Positions 9,667 through 17,772 of a stretch of 64,000 nucleotides of DNA are shown here, one piece after another (position 1 is the stretch's first letter; each line of letters opens with the position of its first letter). A program made the translations under genes and the position numbers. Where the stretch lies: contig JAESUW010000020.1 of NCBI GenBank assembly GCA_016760525.1, forward strand, positions 1,044-65,043. Direction: 5' to 3'. The notes beneath the pieces were generated by a model. That model saw only the letters and a program-made list of their open reading frames with translations, did no database searches and was not told the origin of the DNA. The stretch is from Labilibaculum sp. (GTDB taxonomy: Bacteria; Bacteroidota; Bacteroidia; Bacteroidales; Marinifilaceae).

Positions 9667-10542
9667 TTAACCTAAAATTTCTTTCATTTTTTTACCAATA
9701 TCCGCAGGCGATTTTACGACATGAATTCCGGCTGTAGCCAAAGCTCTCATTTTTTCTTCGGCAGTTCCTTTACCACCGGCAATAATAGCACCGGCATGTC
9801 CCATTCGTTTGCCCGGAGGTGCAGTTTGACCTGCAATAAATGCAACAACAGGTTTGTCTACATGTTTAGCGATATAAGCGGCTGCATCTTCTTCATCTGA
9901 ACCACCAATCTCGCCAATTAAAACAATAGCTTCTGTTTTCGGATCATCGTTTAAAAGTTTAACAGCATCAATATGTTTGGTTCCAATAATTGGATCACCA
10001 CCAATACCAATAGCTGTCGATTGTCCAAAACCAGCTTCGCCCAACTGATGAACAGCCTCGTAGGTTAATGTTCCCGAACGGGAAACAATACCAATTGTAC
10101 CCGGTTTGTGAATAAATCCTGGCATAATACCAATTTTTGCCTCTCCCGGAGTAATTACACCCGGACAATTAGGACCTACCAATGTTGTCTTTGGATATTT
10201 CTTAAGGTATTCATGAACTTTTAGCATATCCATAATAGGTATGCCTTCAGTAATACAAATTACCAGTGCTATGCCTGCTTCGGCAGCTTCCATAATAGCA
10301 TCAGCGGCAAACGGAGGCGGAACAAATATTACAGATGCATTTGCACCGGTTTTTGCAACAGCACCTTTCATGGTGTTGTGAATTGGAATTTTATCCATGA
10401 ACAGCTGACCACCTTTACCTGGAGTAACACCAGCTACTACATTTGTTCCATATTCTATCATTTGCTGGGTATGGAAAGCCCCTTCGGAACCAGTGATTCC
10501 CTGAACCACCAGTTTAGTATTTTTATTTACTAATACACTCAT
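9667..10542 (-). CDS. sucD: Succinyl-CoA ligase alpha subunit
   Basis: [21 protein letters not shown] and RMGHAGA phospho-His motifs. Confidence 0.97.
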   Translation of the reverse strand: MSVLVNKNTKLVVQGITGSEGAFHTQQMIEYGTNVVAGVTPGKGGQLFMDKIPIHNTMKGAVAKTGANASVIFVPPPFAADAIMEAAEAGIALVICITEGIPIMDMLKVHEYLKKYPKTTLVGPNCPGVITPGEAKIGIMPGFIHKPGTIGIVSRSGTLTYEAVHQLGEAGFGQSTAIGIGGDPIIGTKHIDAVKLLNDDPKTEAIVLIGEIGGSDEEDAAAYIAKHVDKPVVAFIAGQTAPPGKRMGHAGAIIAGGKGTAEEKMRALATAGIHVVKSPADIGKKMKEILG

Positions 10543-11711
10543 TATGCTTCAATTGTTTTAAGGGTGGCTACTACTTTTTCAGCAGCATCTTGTAATTCTG
10601 TTGCTGCAATAATATTCATTCCTGATTCTTCCAAAAGTTTTTTACCTTCTTCAGCATTGGTTCCTTGTAAGCGAACCACAATTGGCACTTTAGTATCAAT
10701 ATTCTTAATGGCTTCAATAACTCCTTTTGCAACACGGTCGCAACGTACAATACCACCAAAAATATTGATTAAAACGGCTTTTACACTTCCATCCGAAAGA
10801 ATAATCCGAAAGCCTTTTTCAACTGTTTCTGCCGAAGCGGCTCCACCAACATCAAGGAAGTTAGCAGGTTCACCACCTGTTAGCTTAATAATATCCATAG
10901 TTCCCATTGCCAGTCCGGCTCCGTTTACCATACAACCAATATTACCATCCAATTTGATGTAATTTAAGCCCGACCTTCCTGCTTCAATTTCTAAAGGCTC
11001 TTCTTCATCCAAATCGCGCAAAGCAGTAATGTCTTTATGACGATAAAGTGCATTGTCATCGAAATTGGCTTTTGCGTCCAAGGCTATAACATTACCTTCT
11101 TTGGTAACAACCAATGGATTGATTTCAAAAATAGAAGCATCGGTTCCTATGTATGCTTTGTAAAGAGCGAGGAGAAATTTAACTCCATTTTTAAAAGAAT
11201 CGCCTGTTAAACCCAGGGAAAATGCCATTTGTCTGGCTTGAAAATTTTGTAAGCCAACGGCCGTATCAATAGCAACTTTCACAATTTTTTCAGGAGTTTC
11301 TTCAGCAACTTTTTCGATTTCCATTCCACCTTCAGTAGATACCATAAAGGTAACTTGTGAGGTAGCACGATCCATTACGATTCCTGCATATAACTCGCGG
11401 TCGATATTCGAAGCTGCTTCAATTAATACTTTTTTTACCAGATTTCCTTCGGGACCGGTTTGGTGGGTAATTAGAGTCATGCCCAAGATATCGTTTGCGT
11501 AACGAGTTACATCTTGTGCTGTTGGTGCAAATTTAACACCTCCACCTTTTCCTCTTCCACCTGCGTGGATTTGGGCTTTTACAACTACAGGCAGACCAAT
11601 TTCGGTTGCAGCCTCTTCAGCTTCCTTAACCGAAAAAGCAATTTTGCTTTCCGGAACAGGTACACCAAACGAGCGTAATATTTCCTTTGCTTGATATTCG
11701 TGGATCTTCAT
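10542..11711 (-). CDS. sucC: Succinyl-CoA ligase beta subunit
   Basis: [31 protein letters not shown] and [10 protein letters not shown] motifs. Confidence 0.97.
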   Translation of the reverse strand: MKIHEYQAKEILRSFGVPVPESKIAFSVKEAEEAATEIGLPVVVKAQIHAGGRGKGGGVKFAPTAQDVTRYANDILGMTLITHQTGPEGNLVKKVLIEAASNIDRELYAGIVMDRATSQVTFMVSTEGGMEIEKVAEETPEKIVKVAIDTAVGLQNFQARQMAFSLGLTGDSFKNGVKFLLALYKAYIGTDASIFEINPLVVTKEGNVIALDAKANFDDNALYRHKDITALRDLDEEEPLEIEAGRSGLNYIKLDGNIGCMVNGAGLAMGTMDIIKLTGGEPANFLDVGGAASAETVEKGFRIILSDGSVKAVLINIFGGIVRCDRVAKGVIEAIKNIDTKVPIVVRLQGTNAEEGKKLLEESGMNIIAATELQDAAEKVVATLKTIEA

Positions 11712-12205
11712 TCTTATTATTTTTTTGTTAGGCTTGGAAAAGACCTGCTATTGATCTGTCTCTATTGTTTTAATTGATTTTGAACAAGTAAGCAAGTCGG
11801 TATTAATAAATTATAAATGGTTATTTTTTTAACGAACCTAAATGTATAAATATCTGCATGAAATAAAAAGGACAATTGTGGTAAATTTAAAAGAGTTTTG
11901 AATCTTTTTATTTTCTGAATTAGAGGAGACTGTGAGCGGTAGGAAATCAGAAGATTTTAACTACAATCAGATTTGTGAAAATGTAGGTGGAGAACAGAAA
12001 AACATGTAAAAACTTCCATTTATCGAATAAAATGAAGATTATCCCGATAAAATGAGTGATGAGACTATCATATTTAGTAATTTCAAACTCGAAGCAAAAA
12101 ATCCATAGCAATTAGATATTTGTTTAAAATGGCCAATGAAGACAAATATTTTATTATGTTGATAATTTGTTTTATTTTTAAACCGTAATTAAAAAGCATA
12201 GAAAA

Positions 12206-12601
12206 ATGAGCACATACTATAACAAGGTAAAAGATTATCTATTGAATTTAGAATTCAATATTGTACGGGAAGATATTGCAGAGGAATTATTTGTAGTAGA
12301 AAATCTAGATGGTGGAATTGCAAATCTGATTATTGATTGTGAAGATCCAATTTTAATTATTGAAGGGGTGTTGTTTGAGTTGACAAATGAGAATCCTGAA
12401 ATTTATAAAGCTTTACTTAAAAAGAACAGAGAGATAATTCATGGTGCGTTTGTGTTGGATGAATCAGGGAAAAAAGTTCTTTTTAGAGATACTCTTCAAT
12501 TAGAAAACCTGGATCAGAATGAATTAGAGGCCACACTTAACTCATTAGAAATGCTATTGAGTGAGTATTCGGAAGAGATTATATCATATTCAAAATTGTA
12601 A
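12206..12601 (+). CDS. YbjN/CesT-like (type III chaperone fold) protein
   Basis: Small acidic 131-aa protein with LLKKN...HGAFVLD...VLFRDTL pattern and C-terminal amphipathic helix; first gene of the PspA operon. Confidence 0.7.
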   Translation: MSTYYNKVKDYLLNLEFNIVREDIAEELFVVENLDGGIANLIIDCEDPILIIEGVLFELTNENPEIYKALLKKNREIIHGAFVLDESGKKVLFRDTLQLENLDQNELEATLNSLEMLLSEYSEEIISYSKL

Positions 12602-12621
12602 CTTAATAAACCAATATACAA

Positions 12622-13323
12622 ATGGGAATTTTTAGTAGATTATTTAACGTGGGCAAAGCAGAAGCTCACTCCGCTATAGATAAATTAGAAGATCCGATTA
12701 AGATGACCGAACAGGGAATCAGAGATCTTAAAAAAGATTTAGATAAGAGTTTACAGGCTTTGGCTGAAGTTAAAGCGATGGCAATTCGCAGCAAGAGAGA
12801 ACTGAACGAACAAAAATCAGTTGCGAAAAACTACGAGCAAAAAGCAATGTTATTATTGCAAAAAGCTGAAAAAGGTGAGCTGGAAATGTCGGAGGCTGAG
12901 CGTTTAGCAACCGAAGCTTTAGCAAAAAAAGAAGATGCAGTTTCTACTGCGACAAGATCTCAGGAAGAAGTTACTAAGTTTGATACCAATATTAGTCAAT
13001 TAGATACGAATGTTAAGAAGTTGAAATCGACAATTACCCGTTACGAGAATGAGTTGAAGACTTTAAAAGCTCGTGCTCGTGTAAGTCAGGCAACTCAAAA
13101 AATAAATAAGCAACTTTCCGGAATTGATAGTTCGGGAACTGTTGGGATGTTAGAAAAAATGAAAGATAAAGTTGCTCAGCAAGAGGCAATGGCCGAAGCA
13201 TATGGCGATATTGCTTTTGAGAATCGCTGTTTGGATGATGAGATTGATGCTACATTAAGTGATTCTAATGTAAAAGCATCCAATGCATTGGAAGAGCTAA
13301 AGGCGAAAATGAAAAATAAATAA
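12622..13323 (+). CDS. pspA: PspA/IM30 (ESCRT-III-like) family protein
   Basis: MGIFSRLFNV amphipathic N-terminus, LEDPIKMTEQ, long coiled coil, LKARA motif, C-terminal ALEELKAKM. Confidence 0.92.
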   Translation: MGIFSRLFNVGKAEAHSAIDKLEDPIKMTEQGIRDLKKDLDKSLQALAEVKAMAIRSKRELNEQKSVAKNYEQKAMLLLQKAEKGELEMSEAERLATEALAKKEDAVSTATRSQEEVTKFDTNISQLDTNVKKLKSTITRYENELKTLKARARVSQATQKINKQLSGIDSSGTVGMLEKMKDKVAQQEAMAEAYGDIAFENRCLDDEIDATLSDSNVKASNALEELKAKMKNK

Positions 13324-13356
13324 TAGCTGTTTTTACAAATTTGAACGAAATTAAAA

Positions 13357-13893
13357 ATGGGATTAACCGATTTTTTTAAACGGAAACAGCCGAAATATGA
13401 CAGCACCAATATCCGGGTTACCGACCTGGATGTTGGTTTTGTTTTTGAATATGATCTGGAAAGCTGGGAAGTGCAAGCAAGTTATGAGTACGATTGGGGC
13501 GATAATTATTTCTCTAAGGAATACAAGATTAACAATGGTGCCAAAACGCTTTTTCTTTCGGTAGAGGATGATGATGAAATAATCTTATCTGTTTGCAATA
13601 AGATTAAAGTTCGTGAATTGGGTGAGAATGTACTTGCTGATTTAATGACGCATCAGAAAGCTCCTACGACTCTAATCTACAAAGATAAAAAGTACTTTTT
13701 TGAGAAGGAATCACCAGGTTATTTTAATGATAAGGCACGTGGTGAGGATTGGGTGGAATTTATTGCATGGGATTTCGAAGACGAATCGGGAGAATATCTT
13801 ATCACCATAGAACAATGGGACGAAAAAGAATTTGAAGCTTCTGCAGGCAAGACTGTTAAAGAGTTCGAAATTTCTAATATCTTACCAAAATAA
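13357..13893 (+). CDS. DUF4178-family protein
   Basis: Beta-rich acidic protein (WEV..YEYDWG..EY..LSVE; ITIEQWD..FEASAG) in PspA/DUF350 context. Confidence 0.7.
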   Translation: MGLTDFFKRKQPKYDSTNIRVTDLDVGFVFEYDLESWEVQASYEYDWGDNYFSKEYKINNGAKTLFLSVEDDDEIILSVCNKIKVRELGENVLADLMTHQKAPTTLIYKDKKYFFEKESPGYFNDKARGEDWVEFIAWDFEDESGEYLITIEQWDEKEFEASAGKTVKEFEISNILPK

Positions 13894-13902
13894 GTTAGGT
13901 AG

Positions 13903-13949
13903 TAAGAGTTATAAATGATTTGTAAATTACGCCTTATTTATAACTCTTA
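13903..13949. repeat. 14-bp perfect inverted repeat
   Basis: TAAGAGTTATAAAT (13903-13916) / ATTTATAACTCTTA (13936-13949). Confidence 0.7.
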
Positions 13950-13957
13950 ACTCAATA

Positions 13958-14008
13958 TATTACCAAATGGATTTTTAGCCTTATAGGCTATAAGGCTAAT
14001 TGGTATTA
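13958..14008. repeat. Small MITE-like palindromic repeat, copy 2
   Basis: TATTACCAA...TTGGTATTA ends; internal palindrome TTAGCCTTATAG-G-CTATAAGGCTAA; similar to 2624-2670. Confidence 0.55.
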
Positions 14009-14041
14009 CAGATATTACATTTATAACGAAATTTATTATTT

Positions 14042-14836
14042 ATGAACACTGTAACTAAAGTAATCATTGGGATTATTGTAGTGTTTTTTATAGCAAAGAC
14101 TTGTGGGCGATCAGGATCTTCTTCCTCCTCTTCCTCTGTTGCTAAAACATGGCAAAAATCTCCCGTTGATAATTTGATTAAGGAGTTGAATGATGAAAAG
14201 AACTTCTCCATTATTTTATTGGATATGGATGCTAATGAAAGTTCGGACGATTATCGTCATCAATATCAGGTGATTATTCAACGTCCGGATACTGTTGTGG
14301 AACAAAAGTCTGCCTGGAAAAATGTGAGTGCGACTTTCTTCTCTCAGAATTTGAATAATATGGGAATGGAAATTGCTTCCAAAAAGGATGGCGTTGTAAC
14401 AAAGCAAGCTGTGCCTGCAGGATACAACCATTATGTTGGGAATGATAAATACGGGCGATGGGAGAATCGTGGCGGGTCTTCTTTCTGGGCATTTTACGGA
14501 CAATATGCATTCATGTCATCGATGTTCAATATGGGTTCGTATCGACGTTCATATTGGAATGATTATCGTGGAGGTGGATATTACGGAAGTTCAAGAGGAT
14601 ATTACGGTCCTAGTGGAGGTAGTCCGGTTTATGGAACGAAATCTTACACTTCTTCAAACTCTGGACGAACCAGCAAATGGGGAAGTAAACCGTCCTCATT
14701 TAAAGATAAAGTTCGCAGTAGAGTGAGTCGCTCAGCAAGCACCAGCAGCACAAGATCTTCGACTAAAACTACAAGAAGTTCATCAAGATACAGATCAAGT
14801 TCAACTCGCTCTCGCAGCGGTGGATTTGGAAAATAA
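14042..14836 (+). CDS. Membrane-anchored or lipoprotein hypothetical protein with Gly/Tyr-rich then Ser/Arg-rich tail ending RSGGFGK (DUF1190/YgiB-like character)
   Basis: N-terminal hydrophobic helix then Cys21 and poly-Ser linker; SFWAFYGQYAFMSSMF segment; low-complexity basic tail. Confidence 0.75.
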   Translation: MNTVTKVIIGIIVVFFIAKTCGRSGSSSSSSSVAKTWQKSPVDNLIKELNDEKNFSIILLDMDANESSDDYRHQYQVIIQRPDTVVEQKSAWKNVSATFFSQNLNNMGMEIASKKDGVVTKQAVPAGYNHYVGNDKYGRWENRGGSSFWAFYGQYAFMSSMFNMGSYRRSYWNDYRGGGYYGSSRGYYGPSGGSPVYGTKSYTSSNSGRTSKWGSKPSSFKDKVRSRVSRSASTSSTRSSTKTTRSSSRYRSSSTRSRSGGFGK

Positions 14837-14866
14837 ACCATTGTATAATTCATAAATTAAAATATT

Positions 14867-15739
14867 ATGATGTCATTATCAGAAATTTCGTTTATCGTTT
14901 ATGATGCTGTGGTTTATATCATGGTAGCATTTGCCATTTTCCTAATCGGGAAATTTATTTATCAATTGCTTCACCCATCTTTTAAAGTAAAAGAAGAGTT
15001 GGTGAAGAAAGATAATTTTGCCTTTGCCATTGCTCATGTTGGCTATTACATCGGATTGTTGTTTTCAATTGGAAGTGCAATTGTAGGACCATCGAATGGT
15101 TTAGTAAATGATGTAATTGATATTACCGTTTATGGTTTGTTGGCCATCGTGCTTTTGAATATCTCTATATTCTTATCTGATTATTTAATTCTTAGAAAGT
15201 TTTCAATCCGTAAGGAGATTATCGAAGATCAGAATGCAGGAACAGGTGTTGTCGAAGGAGCGGTTTCGGTTGCTTCAGGTTTGATTATTTTTGGAGCAGT
15301 ATCAGGAGAAAGCGGGAATTTATTATTTGGAATTCTAACCGCTGTTGTGTTTTGGGCTTTTGGTCAGGTAGCTTTAATTGTAACTACACGTATTTATAAT
15401 TGGATTACTCCATACGACTTACACGAACACATTGAAAAAGACAATGTAGCTGTTGGGGTTGGTTTTGCCGGAGCTATAATTGCTATTGCAAATTTAATTC
15501 GTTTTGGATTAACAGGCGATTTTGATGGTTGGTTACCAACTTTTACTAAAGCAGGTTTTGAACTTGTTGTGGGTATTGTTCTGTTGCCGGTTATGAGATT
15601 AATCACCGACAAAATATTACTCCCGGGCGAACGGTTAACCGATGAAATTATTAATCAGGAAAAGCCGAATGTCGGAGCTGCCTTGGTTGAAGCATTTGCT
15701 TATATTGGTGGATCAGTATTAATAACCTGGTGTTTATAA
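14867..15739 (+). CDS. DUF350 family membrane protein (tandem duplicated domain)
   Basis: About 8 TM helices; repeated E(L/I)...N.A motifs (EELVKKDNFA, EIIEDQNAG, EHIEKDNVAVG, EIINQEKPNVGAA). Confidence 0.82.
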   Translation: MMSLSEISFIVYDAVVYIMVAFAIFLIGKFIYQLLHPSFKVKEELVKKDNFAFAIAHVGYYIGLLFSIGSAIVGPSNGLVNDVIDITVYGLLAIVLLNISIFLSDYLILRKFSIRKEIIEDQNAGTGVVEGAVSVASGLIIFGAVSGESGNLLFGILTAVVFWAFGQVALIVTTRIYNWITPYDLHEHIEKDNVAVGVGFAGAIIAIANLIRFGLTGDFDGWLPTFTKAGFELVVGIVLLPVMRLITDKILLPGERLTDEIINQEKPNVGAALVEAFAYIGGSVLITWCL

Positions 15740-15742
15740 TAG

Positions 15743-15816
15743 TTACAAATTGAGAATTATTAATTATGAGTTGGATTGAGATATTCATTACTCATAATTT
15801 GTAATTCATAATTCTC
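15743..15816. repeat. Imperfect inverted repeat built from roughly 7-nt AATT-containing units
   Basis: AATTATGAGT/ACTCATAATT inner stem plus GAGAATTAT/ATAATTCTC and TTACAAATT/AATTTGTAA arms. Confidence 0.55.
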
Positions 15817-15821
15817 TGAAA

Positions 15822-17363
15822 GTGTTAAAGAAACGATCAACATTATTAAAAGTAGCAATATTTGCTACTGGATTCTCCGGGGTTGTGGCGGAGTATATTT
15901 TGTCCACATTGGCAACTTATTTTTTAGGAGATTCCATTTTTCAATGGATCATAATTATATCACTTATGCTCTTCTCTATGGGCTTGGGAAGTCGTATAAG
16001 TAAAAACCTGAATACCAACCTGTTAAAATTCTTTCTGCTTACTGAATTCGCCTTGTCTGTTTTGGTCTCTTTTGCCCCATTATTGGTTTATACAGCTTCG
16101 GCATGGACACAAGCTATCGGAATTCTGATTTACTTTTTGGCAATATTAATTGGATTGCTTATTGGTATGGAACTTCCTTTGGTGATTCGCATTAATGATG
16201 ATTATGAGAACCTTCAGTTCAATATTGCCAGTATTTTAGAGCATGATTATTACGGAAGTTTATTGGGAGGTGTATTTTTTGCATTTATAGGTCTTCCGGT
16301 TTTTGGTTTAATATATACGCCATTTATACTGGGATTTGTCAATTTTTCGGTGTCTATTGTGGTGCTCATTTTTCTTTGGAATCTTTTAAAAAGTAAAGAG
16401 AGAAAAATGTTGGTAGTACTTGGTGCATTAATAATGATTTTACTGACAACAGGAATTTTTGTTACCGATTCAATTATTAAATACGGAGAACAGCAAAAAT
16501 ATACCGATAAGGTGGTGTATGCAGAACAAAGCAAATACCAGCGAATCGTAATTACACAATGGAAAAGCGATTATTGGTTATATTTAAACGGAAATCAGCA
16601 ATTGTGTACGCGAGATGAAATCATGTATCACGAACCTTTGGTGCATCCGGCAATGACCCTGCATCCAAATCCTGTAAATATATTGGTTTTAGGTGGAGGC
16701 GATGGTTGTGCTGTTCGCGAGATTTTGAAATATCCGAAGGTAGAGAAAATCACTCTGGTAGATTTAGATCCGGCTATGACTGAATTGGGTAAAACACACC
16801 CAATTTTAACCGACTTGAATAAAAATTCGCTGAGTAATGAAAAAGTTCACATTCTGAATCAGGACGGATATAAGTTTCTGATGTCGGTCGATGATTATTA
16901 CGATGTGATTATTATAGATTTACCCGATCCACGTAGTGTAGAAATGGGACGATTGTATTCTCACGAGTTTTATAAAACCTGCTATCATCATTTGCGGCCA
17001 GGAGGTGTAATTGTAACGCAATCAGGAAGCCCGTATTTTGCAACACAAGCATTCTCTTGTATTTTAGAAACAATGAAAAGTGCAGGATTCGAAACAATTC
17101 CAATGCATAATCAGGTAATAACATTAGGCGAATGGGGTTGGTGTTTAGGTGTAAAACAATCTCCTTACGGTGATTTAAAAAGTAAATTGCAGGAATTGGA
17201 GTTTACTATTGAAACCCAGTGGATAAATAATGAAGCAATGACGTTGATTACATCTTTTGGAAAGGATTTTTATCCTTGGGAAAAGGATACCGTTTATATC
17301 AATCGAATTCACAACCCCGTTTTGTATAAGTATTATTTAAAAGGTAATTGGGATCTTTACTAA
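15822..17363 (+). CDS. speE: Polyamine aminopropyltransferase (spermidine synthase-like) with N-terminal multi-TM domain
   Basis: About 7 TM helices then SKYQRI, LYLNGNQQ, YHEPLVHP, LVLGGGDG, VDLDP and IIIDLPDP motifs. Confidence 0.9.
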   Translation: MLKKRSTLLKVAIFATGFSGVVAEYILSTLATYFLGDSIFQWIIIISLMLFSMGLGSRISKNLNTNLLKFFLLTEFALSVLVSFAPLLVYTASAWTQAIGILIYFLAILIGLLIGMELPLVIRINDDYENLQFNIASILEHDYYGSLLGGVFFAFIGLPVFGLIYTPFILGFVNFSVSIVVLIFLWNLLKSKERKMLVVLGALIMILLTTGIFVTDSIIKYGEQQKYTDKVVYAEQSKYQRIVITQWKSDYWLYLNGNQQLCTRDEIMYHEPLVHPAMTLHPNPVNILVLGGGDGCAVREILKYPKVEKITLVDLDPAMTELGKTHPILTDLNKNSLSNEKVHILNQDGYKFLMSVDDYYDVIIIDLPDPRSVEMGRLYSHEFYKTCYHHLRPGGVIVTQSGSPYFATQAFSCILETMKSAGFETIPMHNQVITLGEWGWCLGVKQSPYGDLKSKLQELEFTIETQWINNEAMTLITSFGKDFYPWEKDTVYINRIHNPVLYKYYLKGNWDLY

Positions 17364-17412
17364 GTGGTTATACTCAGTATTTATCATGTAAATTCATAAA
17401 AATTAACGTCCA

Positions 17413-17763
17413 ATGGAGACGAAAGCAAAAATATTATCAGCAAAAATTCACAATCTTCGATTTTGGGTTTCGGAATATGAACCTAAGGATTTGCAAGCAC
17501 AGTTTCAAGATTTTTTGGAGCAGGTTGGTTTTGTAATTTTGAATTTTACCGATTATCATTTTCCTGTTCAGGGATATACGGCATTTTGGTTGCTGGCTGA
17601 ATCACATTTGGCTATACATACTTTTCCTGATAAAGGATGGTCGTATATTGAACTGAGTAGTTGCAACAAGAAAAAATCGGAAGATTTCCAAAGCCTTGTA
17701 ATTGCCAGTGATATGAGTGTAAAATGGAATGGTGATGGGGTGGAAATTTGTGAGCCTGAATAA
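17413..17763 (+). CDS. speD: S-adenosylmethionine decarboxylase proenzyme (short class)
   Basis: HFPVQGYT...LLAESHLAIHTFP self-cleavage E/SH motif and downstream Cys (ELSSC). Confidence 0.88.
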   Translation: METKAKILSAKIHNLRFWVSEYEPKDLQAQFQDFLEQVGFVILNFTDYHFPVQGYTAFWLLAESHLAIHTFPDKGWSYIELSSCNKKKSEDFQSLVIASDMSVKWNGDGVEICEPE

Positions 17764-17772
17764 GTAAATTAC

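Noticed and set aside
10564-10962. 132-aa + strand ORF and many similar short ORFs (e.g. 34492-34893, 41584-41925, 53038-53481, 54897-55208)
   Set aside because: Antisense or off-frame shadows inside well-supported housekeeping genes, with no recognisable motifs.
14216-14853. Cluster of overlapping alternative ORFs in the tailed-protein gene
   Set aside because: Explained by locally higher GC and low-complexity Ser/Arg/Gly codons, which reduce stop frequency.
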